The notes beneath the pieces are model-generated. The model ran no database searches, was not told where the DNA came from, and was given only the letters and a program-made list of their open reading frames with translations. Position numbers and translations under genes: made by a program. From NCBI GenBank assembly GCA_038060895.1, contig JBBTCT010000031.1, forward strand, positions 1 to 64,000: a stretch of 64,000 nt of DNA, given 5' to 3'. Origin of the DNA: Planctomycetota bacterium (GTDB lineage: Bacteria; Planctomycetota; MHYJ01; WSZJ01). The stretch's first letter is position 1. Each line of letters begins with the position of its first letter. Positions 9,817-18,176 of the stretch are shown here, piece by piece.

Positions 9817-9902
9817 TGAGTGTGGGGAGTGTTGAGTAGGAGGTAGGAACAGCCGGGCCGAAGGGGGTAGTTCTCCTCACCACTCACGACTCCCTACTCA
9901 CT
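9817..9902. repeat. Degenerate heptamer fold-back between convergent genes
   Basis: G-rich TGAGTGT/GGGAGTG/TGAGTAG units followed by complementary CTCACCA/CTCACGA/CTCCCTA/CTCACT units. Confidence 0.65.
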
Positions 9903-11159
9903 GCCCTTCCTGCCTTTCCCTGCCTTCCGCAGTTCCTCGTCACATTCCTTCAACATCTCCGCTTCACCAGCAGTCTCGTAGATCGCGCGTGCCTCGCGCA
10001 GCCGCTTCTCCGCTTCCTGAAAGTCCTCCAATTCCCGGCAGACCGTCCCTAGCGACAGCAGGCACCCCGCTCGCTGGTCGTCGATGTCTCCCGGCGAATT
10101 CGCGTAGAGCGCGAGAGCCTTCTCGTACATCGCGCGCGCTTCCTTCTTCTTTCCCTGGTCGAGCCGGAGATCGCCGGTCGCTTCCGTCGCATACCCCTCT
10201 TCGAAGGTCGCCTCGTGATCGCGAAAGACCCTCTGCGCGACCTCGAAGCACTCCCCCGCGCGCCTCAGGTCGTCGGCCTCCCGTGCGGCCTGGCCGGCCT
10301 CGAGCATCGTCCTCGCGTGCGGCAGCATCGCGTCGATCTCCGCGTAGATCGCCGCCGCTTCCAGGAACGCGTCCGTCGCTTCCCCGGACTCGCCCAGCGC
10401 CCCAAGGCAATGCCCCTGCGAACGGATCGCGCTCGCCTCCCCCGCCCGCGACTCCGCCAGGCGGAATGCGGCGCCGGCTTCGTCGAGAAGAGCGTACGCG
10501 TCTTCGAATCCCTCGTCGTCGCCGGTCGCCAGGAAACAGGCCGCCGTCGCGCGGAGCCGCCGGCCGAGGCGAAGCGGGTCCTTGCCTTCCTTGCGCTCCA
10601 GGTCGAGGTCCTCGTCCGCGGCCCCGCTCAGATCGTCGCTTTCGAGGATCATCGCCGCCAGCCGGTCGGCAAGCGCGCGCGCCGCGATGTCCCCCGAGTG
10701 CGAGCCGGTCTCGACGTAGAGGTCTTCGGATTCCTCGGCTTGCATCGCCGCGTCGAGGACCTTGCCGAGCTGCGCGTTGGAAGCGGCGAGGGCGAGCAGG
10801 GCTCCCGCCCGGAGCTCGCGGTCGCCGCACTCGGCGGCCAGGTGCGCCGCTTCCGCCAGGAAATCCACGGCGGGGCCAAGCGATCCCCCGGCGGCCTCGA
10901 TGCGCCCGCGGGAGTCGGCGATCCAACCGCGCAACCGCAGCCATTCCTTCTTTCCTGCCGCGTCCGTCGCGAGACCGGCGGCGTGGACGCGGGCCTCGGC
11001 CTGCGCAAGCGCTTCCTTCGCTTTCAAGGCGTTCCCGGTCGCCGTGTGCGCCGTGGCGAGCGTCGCCCACGCGCGCCCCTCCGCCGCGGGCCCGTCGGCG
11101 CGCGCCGACTCGATCGCGAACTGAAGTTTCTCGAACACCCCCTGGGGCGCCGCCCTCAC
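9894..11159 (-). CDS. Tetratricopeptide-repeat protein
   Basis: Repeated TPR-like units (LGTVCRELEDFQEAEKRLREARAIYE); GTG overlaps upstream stop. Confidence 0.85.
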   Translation of the reverse strand: MRAAPQGVFEKLQFAIESARADGPAAEGRAWATLATAHTATGNALKAKEALAQAEARVHAAGLATDAAGKKEWLRLRGWIADSRGRIEAAGGSLGPAVDFLAEAAHLAAECGDRELRAGALLALAASNAQLGKVLDAAMQAEESEDLYVETGSHSGDIAARALADRLAAMILESDDLSGAADEDLDLERKEGKDPLRLGRRLRATAACFLATGDDEGFEDAYALLDEAGAAFRLAESRAGEASAIRSQGHCLGALGESGEATDAFLEAAAIYAEIDAMLPHARTMLEAGQAAREADDLRRAGECFEVAQRVFRDHEATFEEGYATEATGDLRLDQGKKKEARAMYEKALALYANSPGDIDDQRAGCLLSLGTVCRELEDFQEAEKRLREARAIYETAGEAEMLKECDEELRKAGKGRKGSE

Positions 11160-11740
11160 TTCCCTTGCAGCCACGCGTCGATCGCCTTGCCGACCTTGAT
11201 GGTCGAATCACCCGCGGTTTTCGGCGGCCACTTCAGCGGCACCAGCCGGCAGACGATCGAGCCGCGCAGGAAAATGATCGCGTCCTCCTCGGCGACGGCC
11301 TTTTCGCCAAGGTCAGTGATCGAAGTCCCCCGGTGCCACTGCTGGAACGTCTTCCCTGCGTTGATCGAAGCCGGGTGGATGTACAGCTCGACGCGGATCC
11401 GGCGGAGGTCGGGTTTCGACTTGCCGTCCTTGTCCACGGCCTTTTCCCAGTCGTGGTGCGCGTACTGCTTCACGAGAAGCGAATCGAGCAGGTTCGCGCG
11501 GAGCTGCGCGCTGATGTTCTCGCCGGCGTAGATGTCGAGCTCCGCCGCGCCGGCCGGGTAGCGCACCGGGGTGCCGACCGGATCCCAGTCGCCGGCCACC
11601 GGGTACTTCTTGAGCGAGATTCCCCCGGACTGCGGCGTTTCGCCTCCGCTCCCGCCGTCATCATCGGGCCCGGACGAGCACCCGGCCGCGGCAAAGGCCA
11701 ACGACGCGATCAGCCCCGAGATCGTCATCCAGCGCTTCAT
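11156..11740 (-). CDS. Lipoprotein, DUF6599-like
   Basis: Signal peptide with lipobox AAAGC; low-complexity linker; IRVELY motif. Confidence 0.7.
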   Translation of the reverse strand: MKRWMTISGLIASLAFAAAGCSSGPDDDGGSGGETPQSGGISLKKYPVAGDWDPVGTPVRYPAGAAELDIYAGENISAQLRANLLDSLLVKQYAHHDWEKAVDKDGKSKPDLRRIRVELYIHPASINAGKTFQQWHRGTSITDLGEKAVAEEDAIIFLRGSIVCRLVPLKWPPKTAGDSTIKVGKAIDAWLQGK

Positions 11741-12309
11741 GTTTTCTCCTCTTCAAGCAACTCCGCGGGGAGCACGTACTCCTCTGTGTCCTGCGCCTGC
11801 TCCGCCGCCGCCATCCCCCATTCCTTCCGCAGCACGTCGTCGAAATCGTCGCCGGTCCGCGACACGCACCGCAGGCCGTCGACGAATTCCTCGTAGTCCA
11901 GTCCCTCCAGCGCCCGGCTCCACACTACGAACAACTGCCCGCCGTCGAGGGCGAAGCGCGCCCCTCCGGTCGAAGCGAGGTTGAGTTCGAGGACGCGGCG
12001 AAGGGCGAGCTGCGTTCCCTTTTTCGGGAGGTTCAGGAACGGCGACGAGATGCGGATCTCTTCGCCCGGCAGCACCGTGATCGTCACCTGCGCCGAGCCG
12101 AACTTCGCGTACCACGACTCGGCGTTTTTCTCGAGCTTCACGCCTGAATCCTTCGCATACCGCTCGGCGTATTCGGCGACGAGAGCGGGGGCGTGCTCGC
12201 CGCGAAGCGGGACGACCAGGATGTCGCCGCACTGCGACTTGAACGTCTCGCCGGGCTGTTTGCCGGAGACGTCGTAGGTGTTGTTGCACTTTTTGCAGCG
12301 GAGGAGCAT
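11737..12309 (-). CDS. Zn-ribbon plus YbjN/type III chaperone-like domain protein
   Basis: N-terminal CKKC...SQC; C-terminal LRRVLELNLASTGGARFALDGGQLFV...LDYEEF...DDFDDVLRKEWG typical of YbjN/CesT fold. Confidence 0.75.
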   Translation of the reverse strand: MLLRCKKCNNTYDVSGKQPGETFKSQCGDILVVPLRGEHAPALVAEYAERYAKDSGVKLEKNAESWYAKFGSAQVTITVLPGEEIRISSPFLNLPKKGTQLALRRVLELNLASTGGARFALDGGQLFVVWSRALEGLDYEEFVDGLRCVSRTGDDFDDVLRKEWGMAAAEQAQDTEEYVLPAELLEEEKT

Positions 12310-12371
12310 GTCGAGGGCAGAGTTTGCCACGGCGAGGGGTCGGTGGGAAGTGTGGTCGATGCGCTGCAGAC

Positions 12372-12432
12372 GGGAGGCAGGAGTCGGGAGTGGTGAGGAT
12401 TGAGTAGGAAGTAGGCGGGAGTGGGTAGGGAG
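12372..12432. repeat. Degenerate G-rich heptamer tandem array
   Basis: GGAGGCA GGAGTCG GGAGTGG TGAGGAT TGAGTAG GAAGTAG ... GGAGTGG units. Confidence 0.6.
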
Positions 12433-12477
12433 CACGAAATGGGCACGCCCGGATTGAAGGAGGTCGTCGGACCGGAC

Positions 12478-14118
12478 CTATCGGAGCTTCTTCATGCCGA
12501 AGAGCTTTGAACCGCCGAAGGCTGAAATTGGTTTCAGGTCTTTGCCTAGCCAGACGCGATAGCGATTGAGGAACGTTTTCCCGTCCAGGCGGATGCGCGT
12601 TTTCGTGTCGGAGCGCATCCAGGTGGCGCCGGTCGCCGCCGGCACAAACAGGTGGGCCGCCGCAACCGCCGGGTCGCCGGCCGCCACGGGCTGGCCGTTG
12701 CGGCAGGTCGTGCACCGGCCGCCGGTCACCGCGACGTCGAGGACTTCGTCGCCGCATTCGGGACAGCTCACCATGTGCTTCGGGCACCCCGCCTTCCCCG
12801 ACGCGTCGCAGAGGCGCTGGTGCTCGCCGCACAGCTCGATGTCGCACGACCCGCACCGTTTCGTGTGGTCCACGCAGCTGATCAGCTTGCACACGCCGCA
12901 CTCGAACGCGTGCTGCCGGCAGAACGCGCGGCAGCAGCGCACGCACTTGAAGAAGTGCTTCTCGCAGCAGTACTGCGCGCACGCCTCGCACGCGGCGCCG
13001 TGCGCCGGGCAGGCGATCGCTCCGCAACCGCACGCCTTCGTGTGCTCCGCGCAGAGCCCCGCGCCGCACGACTGGCAGTAGCGCCGGCAGTTCGCGCACA
13101 GCAGGACGTCGTGCTGCGGGTCGCCGCAGATCGCCGCTTCCCCCAGCGCGCCTCCGCACAGGTCGCACACCGGCGGCTTCACGTTTCCCGTCGGCGGGAA
13201 CCAGACAACCTCGCGCTCGAGCTTGCGCGCGCCCGACTGAAAGATCAGCTTCACGCGCGCGGCGCTTCCCGAAATCGCCAGCGCCGCGACGGCGTCCACG
13301 TGGGCGGAGGCGCGGAAGCGGTCCGCAACTTCGAGCAGGCGGAGCTCGCGTTCGCGCTCGAGGTTGCGCAGCCGGGTCGCCGCTTCTTTCTTGGCGTCCT
13401 CCCCGCGCGACTCCAGCTTCTGCTCCTTCAACTCGCCCGAGAGCGCCTCGAAGTACGTCTTCACCTGCGTCTCTTCCCTCGCCAGCTTCGACGCGGAGCG
13501 CTGCTCGGCCAGCCGCGCGCGGCGGTCTCCTTCGCGCTGCGCGACGTCAAGCGAGGACTCGCGGAGCTTCGTGCGGTCCCCGGGAGCGAGGGGGGCGAGC
13601 GTTGCGGGTTTGCCGGCGGCGGCCATTTTCGGAAGAGCGTCCGCGGGGATTTCGAAGGCAGCGCCGTCCGCGGCGACGAAGGCGGCCAGCAGCGAGTCCT
13701 CCCGTTCCGGTCCTTCGACGCGGAGGCGGAAGAGCACGGTTGTCCCGGAGAAGGGCTCGATCGCCGCCGCGCCCGCGGTCAGCGTTCCGCCGCGGACCGC
13801 CAGGCCGCCCCTGGCCGCCGTGCGCGCCTTCTCCGCGTCCGGGGCTTCCGCAAATTCCACCGCCGTCGCCGCTCCCGCAGCTCCGAGCGCTTCCAGCACG
13901 GACTTGAAAATCGGCGCCCCCGGGACGACGAGTTCGAGGTCGCGCTCCGAGGACTTGTAAACCTCGCGGTCGAACGTCAGCTCGAGCAGCGCACGGTCGT
14001 CGAAATATTGCGTGGCATCGAGGGGAAGAATGACCTCGAGGATTCCGGGAGAGGGCTCGCGGAGCTTGGCGCCGAGGGCGGTGAAGGCGGAGCGGAGGAA
14101 GGCGGCGTCGGTGGACAC
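12478..14118 (-). CDS. YqhG-like protein with C-terminal tandem CxxCx4CxxH repeats
   Basis: N-terminus FLRSAFTALGAKLREPSPGILEVILP, coiled coil (EETQVKTYFE...ERERELRL), seven ~15-aa Cys/His repeats; TATAAT 6 nt before GTG 14118. Confidence 0.7.
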   Translation of the reverse strand: MSTDAAFLRSAFTALGAKLREPSPGILEVILPLDATQYFDDRALLELTFDREVYKSSERDLELVVPGAPIFKSVLEALGAAGAATAVEFAEAPDAEKARTAARGGLAVRGGTLTAGAAAIEPFSGTTVLFRLRVEGPEREDSLLAAFVAADGAAFEIPADALPKMAAAGKPATLAPLAPGDRTKLRESSLDVAQREGDRRARLAEQRSASKLAREETQVKTYFEALSGELKEQKLESRGEDAKKEAATRLRNLERERELRLLEVADRFRASAHVDAVAALAISGSAARVKLIFQSGARKLEREVVWFPPTGNVKPPVCDLCGGALGEAAICGDPQHDVLLCANCRRYCQSCGAGLCAEHTKACGCGAIACPAHGAACEACAQYCCEKHFFKCVRCCRAFCRQHAFECGVCKLISCVDHTKRCGSCDIELCGEHQRLCDASGKAGCPKHMVSCPECGDEVLDVAVTGGRCTTCRNGQPVAAGDPAVAAAHLFVPAATGATWMRSDTKTRIRLDGKTFLNRYRVWLGKDLKPISAFGGSKLFGMKKLR

Positions 14119-14152
14119 GGGGGCATTATAGGGGGGGAGTTTGGAGTTGCTG

Positions 14153-14210
14153 GTTCCGGAAGTTGAGCTCCGGGTTCTGGGTTCGGAGTTCCGGGTGGGG
14201 TTGCGAGTTG
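14153..14210. repeat. Dispersed 58 bp repeat, copy 1
   Basis: Near-identical to 39854-39911; internal GGGTTCC/GAGTTCC periodicity. Confidence 0.85.
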
Positions 14211-14295
14211 GGGGTCCGGGGTCGGCAGTCCCCTGAGCGGACGGGTTTGCGTCACTTCCCCTTGCCTGGCAGGGCTTTAGGAAATTCGAAATGAC

Positions 14296-14325
14296 TGTCG
14301 ATTTCCGGCGGACCTGCGCGTCGAC
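14296..14325 (+). promoter_or_regulatory. Candidate ECF42-type promoter
   Basis: TGTCGA (14296-14301) then CGTC/CGAC (14319-14325), matching the known ECF42 -35/-10 motif, upstream of the DGPF gene. Confidence 0.65.
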
Positions 14326-14378
14326 TTCTTCGGAACGAGTTCGAAACGCCTTACACTTCATTCCCATAGGAGCCGCCG

Positions 14379-14720
14379 ATGCCGAACTTCATGATCCTCA
14401 TGACCGAAAACGACAACGCCTGGGAGAAGATGCCGCCGTCCGAACAGGACCGGATCCTGAAGCTCTACTTCGCCTGGGTCGATGTGCTGAAGAAGAACAA
14501 CCAGCTGCGCGGCGGCGAACCGCTCGGCGGCCCCGGGCGAGTGCTGAAGATGGCGGGTGGCAAGCTCATCGACGGGCCGTTCACGGAGACGAAGGAAGTC
14601 CTGACAGGGTTCTTCATCGTCGAGGCGACGGACCTGGAGGCGGCGACGCAGATCGCGAAGGGGTGCCCGGCGCTGGGGCATGGGGAGACCGTGGTGGTGA
14701 GGCCGATCGGACACCTCTAG
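14379..14720 (+). CDS. YciI/DGPF family protein
   Basis: DGPFTETKEVLTGFFIVEA...CP...VVVRP; SD AGGAG. Confidence 0.92.
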   Translation: MPNFMILMTENDNAWEKMPPSEQDRILKLYFAWVDVLKKNNQLRGGEPLGGPGRVLKMAGGKLIDGPFTETKEVLTGFFIVEATDLEAATQIAKGCPALGHGETVVVRPIGHL

Positions 14721-14838
14721 CCCTTGCCCTTGCTCACTAACCTTTGAGGCATTGCTCCCAACTCACCAATCGCATCGCAGAAACGCCTGTCCTGAATTCG
14801 ATTTCGGGGGATCCATGTTCGGTGGGCAAGGGCAAGGG
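14721..14838. repeat. Inverted hexamer (CCCTTG/GGGCAA) arms flanking an AT-richer spacer
   Basis: CCCTTGCCCTTGC at 14721 and GGGCAAGGGCAAGGG at 14824-14838. Confidence 0.65.
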
Positions 14839-14868
14839 TTGACAGCTTCTCATTTGAGAGGCCTGTGA

Positions 14869-16080
14869 ATGCTCGACTGGCCCAACCTCTTCCGCCGCGA
14901 ATACCCCGCGATCGTCGCTTCCCTCGTCAAGCGCCTCGGACGCGCGCGGCTCGACCTGGCGGAGGATGCGGCGCAGGAAGCGCTGGCTCGCGCGGTCGCA
15001 GACTGGCGGGTCAAGGGCCCGCCGGACCGCCCGGGAGCATGGCTCTCCGCCGTCGCCTGGCGCTGCGCTATTGACGCACTGCGTCAATCGTCGCGCGAGC
15101 AGGACGAGCTCCCCCCCGACCTGCCCGCGGCCCCCGCGGCGGACGCGCCCTCCGTCCCCGACGACGCCCTCCGCCTCCTCTTCCTCTGCGCTCACCCTTC
15201 CCTCCCCCGCGAAGACCAGATCGCCCTCACCCTCAAGGCCGCCTGCGGCTTCGGCACCGCGGAAATTGCGCGCGCATTCTTTCTCGACGAAGCGACCCTC
15301 GCACAGCGGATCGTGAGGGCGAAGAAACGCCTGCGCGATAAGGGCGCTTCCTTCGAAATCCCGGCGCCCGAAGAGCTCCCCCCGCGCCTCGACGCGGTTC
15401 TCGACGTGATCTACCTCGCGTTCAACGAGGGCTACACGCCGCGCGACGCCGATGCGCCGCTTCGCCGCGACGTCGCGCTCGAGGCGCTCCGGCTCGCGCG
15501 GCTGGCGGCGCCGGTCGCTCCGCGCGCCGAAGCGCTGGCCGCGCTTCTGTGCTTCCAGTCCAGCCGTTTCGCAGCGCGGATTTCGGCCGTCGGAGAGCTG
15601 CTTCCGCTGGAGGAACAGGATCGCGCAATGTGGGACCGCCCGCTGATAGCCGAGGGGATCGGCCGGCTCGCGGCGGCGGCGAAGGGCGACCGGGTTTCGG
15701 AGTACCACCTCCTCGCCGGGATCGCCGTCTGCCACGCGGCGGCGACTTCCGTCGACGCCACGGACTGGACGCGCATCGCGACGCTCTACGCCGAACTCGA
15801 ACGACGCACGCCGACCTGGCTGGTCCGCCTCAACCGCGCCGTCGCGATTTCCTACGCCGACGGACCCGCGGCAGGACTCGCGGCGATCGAGGCGCTCCCT
15901 CCCGCGCCTGGGGCAGCATCGCACCTGTTCCACGCGGCGCGCGCCGACGCGATGCGCCGGATGAAAATGACGGTGGAAGCGGCGGCCGGGTACCGCGCGG
16001 CGGCGGCGGCCGCCCCCTCGCTCGCCGAACGGGTGTTTTTCGAGCGCAGGGCCGGGCTACTTCTCCGACATCCCCTCTAA
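14869..16080 (+). CDS. ECF sigma factor, ECF42-like (DUF6596/TPR C-terminal extension)
   Basis: DLAEDAAQEA, DDALRLLFLCAHPSL, AQRIVRAK, IYLAFNEGY, TDWTRIATLY, LNRAVA; paired with DGPF gene. Confidence 0.9.
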   Translation: MLDWPNLFRREYPAIVASLVKRLGRARLDLAEDAAQEALARAVADWRVKGPPDRPGAWLSAVAWRCAIDALRQSSREQDELPPDLPAAPAADAPSVPDDALRLLFLCAHPSLPREDQIALTLKAACGFGTAEIARAFFLDEATLAQRIVRAKKRLRDKGASFEIPAPEELPPRLDAVLDVIYLAFNEGYTPRDADAPLRRDVALEALRLARLAAPVAPRAEALAALLCFQSSRFAARISAVGELLPLEEQDRAMWDRPLIAEGIGRLAAAAKGDRVSEYHLLAGIAVCHAAATSVDATDWTRIATLYAELERRTPTWLVRLNRAVAISYADGPAAGLAAIEALPPAPGAASHLFHAARADAMRRMKMTVEAAAGYRAAAAAAPSLAERVFFERRAGLLLRHPL

Positions 16081-16533
16081 CTTCGCGTCGTTCCTCGGCG
16101 CCGTGACGATCTTCCCCGCCGCATTGATCGCCACCACGTCCTCCTTGCCGTGCGTCCCCGGCTCACAGCATCCGAGCCAGGCCTCCGCATCCTCTCCGCG
16201 CGGCGCCGTCGCCGGCCCGCGGTACGCCTTCCCCGTCACCGGGCAATGCACGAGGTCCGTCTTCCTCTCCGGCTCGTACCCCGATCCGCGCACGGCGAGC
16301 TCCCAGAACGCGGGCCCTGTCGCCGGTGGCCACGCGCCGAACTTGTCGCGGTAGAGCCGCGCGGCCGTCGCCAGCGCCCGCAGCCGCGTCTCGCACTCGA
16401 CCCGCCTCGACTGCGGCCGCCAGGCCGCGCGCGTCGTAAAAAAGACCAGCGCCAGCGCGCCGAGGCCGAGCGCGATAAAGAGCAGGAACAGCTTTCCGCT
16501 CATCTGCCGGGGTTGGGGAGTTGCTTCGGTCAT
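16057..16533 (-). CDS. Pilin/DUF1559-like single-TM protein
   Basis: N-terminal TM, CETRLRALATAARLY...GAWPP, HCP, C-terminal H...INAAGKI. Confidence 0.6.
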   Translation of the reverse strand: MTEATPQPRQMSGKLFLLFIALGLGALALVFFTTRAAWRPQSRRVECETRLRALATAARLYRDKFGAWPPATGPAFWELAVRGSGYEPERKTDLVHCPVTGKAYRGPATAPRGEDAEAWLGCCEPGTHGKEDVVAINAAGKIVTAPRNDAKLEGMSEK

Positions 16534-17342
16534 CGGCGGCTGAATCCCTCGCGCTCCATCCACGCCTTCAGCCCCTCGCGCCCCGTCATCGACCTCGCGC
16601 TCCCGTCCACCCGCTTGCCGCTTCGCTGCGCCCACGTCACGTCCGCCTTCTGGCCCTGCGAAGCGTAGAACACAGCCATGCGGCGGTCGTACTCGGCGGT
16701 GTCGGGGGAAGCGTCGTAGCGCTCGCGAAACCAGATCGCGGGCTGGGACAGTCGCGGCTTCGCTTCGGCCTTGCAGGAAGCGGCGATCCTGCCGAGGCAG
16801 AGCCCGAAGATCGGGAAGCAGCGCCCGGGGATATCCAGCAGGCGCTTCACCCCCTCGACATCGTTCCGGAGCGCGCCGATGTAACAGCACCCCAGGCCGG
16901 CGATTTCCGCAGCGCACGTCAGCCGCTCCGCCGCGAGCGCCGCGTCCACGCATCCCATCGCGAAGAACTCCGCGAGGTCGAGCCCTGCCGGGTTTTCGCC
17001 GGCGTCGCGCGCGGCCTTCTCGACGCGGAAGTGGTCGACGACGAACGCAAAGAACCAGGCGCCGTCGCGAATCTGCTTCTGGTCGCCGCAGAGCTTTGCG
17101 ATCGCGTCGCGCCGCGCCGGCTCCTGCACCGAGATCGCGCTCCAGAGCTGCAGGTTGGAGGACGTCGCGGCCGACTGCGCGGCGGCGAACAGGACGCGGA
17201 CGGTGTCTTCGGGAACGGGCTCAGGCGCAAAATCGCGCACGGAGCGGTGCCGCAGGAAGGGCGTGAGCGCGGGAATCTCGGGCGGCGGCCCGGCGGCGCC
17301 GTAGCGGGCGCGCCAGAGTGCGGCGAAGGGTTCGTTGAACAT
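16530..17342 (-). CDS. NfsA/Frp-family flavin nitroreductase
   Basis: HRSVRDF, AQSAATSSNLQ, VDAALAAE, GLGCCYIGALRN, KPRL. Confidence 0.9.
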   Translation of the reverse strand: MFNEPFAALWRARYGAAGPPPEIPALTPFLRHRSVRDFAPEPVPEDTVRVLFAAAQSAATSSNLQLWSAISVQEPARRDAIAKLCGDQKQIRDGAWFFAFVVDHFRVEKAARDAGENPAGLDLAEFFAMGCVDAALAAERLTCAAEIAGLGCCYIGALRNDVEGVKRLLDIPGRCFPIFGLCLGRIAASCKAEAKPRLSQPAIWFRERYDASPDTAEYDRRMAVFYASQGQKADVTWAQRSGKRVDGSARSMTGREGLKAWMEREGFSRR

Positions 17343-17392
17343 GCGCGGAGCGTAATCCAGCGGCGGCGGCGCGAAAAGGGACAGGCGCGGCT

Positions 17393-17593
17393 TCAGCGCC
17401 CGGCGGCGGGCGCCGTCCCCCGGGACGCCCCACGTCCCATGCGCGCGAGAACGACCGGCAGGCCGAGGACCGCAATAACCGCGAGAATCAGCAGCAGGTG
17501 CCGCACGAGATTCTTCGCGCGCTCCTCGACCGGCGGAACGCCGTCGGGCGGCGGAAACCAGGAAGCGGGGTCTGGGAGGGGTGTCGGCGCCAT
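17393..17593 (-). CDS. Small hypothetical membrane protein
   Basis: 66 aa, one TM segment, same orientation as neighbours. Confidence 0.5.
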   Translation of the reverse strand: MAPTPLPDPASWFPPPDGVPPVEERAKNLVRHLLLILAVIAVLGLPVVLARMGRGASRGTAPAAGR

Positions 17594-17633
17594 TACTTAA
17601 GTCACTTTACTTTGTGCGGCAACGGGGGGCGAC

Positions 17634-18176
17634 CTATCTCGGCTTGCCGGAGGGGTGAGCCGACCTCCAGGCCTGGCGCCTTATCGCCAGGTCCATGATG
17701 ACATTTTCGGTCGGCGAACCCACGGCGAAGACGTCAACACGCCCCTGGAAGAAGAGTACAGCGGTGTCGCCGCCGTCGGCCCGGCACCCTTCGCAGAAGG
17801 CAAGCGGCAGATCGGGAGGGGCGCCGTCCGAGATGCCCGACTCGGTCCAGGAATAGGTGGCCCCTCCGGTCGGCGTGTACGTGCCGGGCGCGTCGAAGAG
17901 CGGCGTGAAGGACTTCCCGCAACGCGGGCATGCGAAGATTCCGGAAGCGAGATCCAGCCCCCGCTGCAGGTCCTCCACGCTGGGGGGATACCGCTTGTAC
18001 TTGCCTTCGTAGAGCGCGAAATAGATTCCGAGTTGCTTGAGCGAATTCCCGCGGTCCCTCTTCAGACTCTGTCCCCGGGAGTCGCCATGATTCACGGTCA
18101 GGCTCCCAGCCAGGATGCTTGTCGCGGCAACGACGGCGCCGATCACCCACGCAAACCCGCGACCCTGCGGATTCAA
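17634..18176 (-). CDS. Pilin/DUF1559-like protein, paralog of 36164-36766
   Basis: TTG start overlaps helicase stop; GRGFAWVIG N-terminus, NSLKQLGIYFALYEG, CPRCG, DGAPPDLPLA, VLFFQGRVDVF. Confidence 0.7.
   Translation of the reverse strand: MNPQGRGFAWVIGAVVAATSILAGSLTVNHGDSRGQSLKRDRGNSLKQLGIYFALYEGKYKRYPPSVEDLQRGLDLASGIFACPRCGKSFTPLFDAPGTYTPTGGATYSWTESGISDGAPPDLPLAFCEGCRADGGDTAVLFFQGRVDVFAVGSPTENVIMDLAIRRQAWRSAHPSGKPR

Noticed and set aside
14119-14367. Long N-terminal extensions in the ORF track (also 1690, 12435, 22878, 41610, 48695)
   Set aside because: They run through intergenic repeats or upstream genes; internal starts have better -10, SD or overlap support
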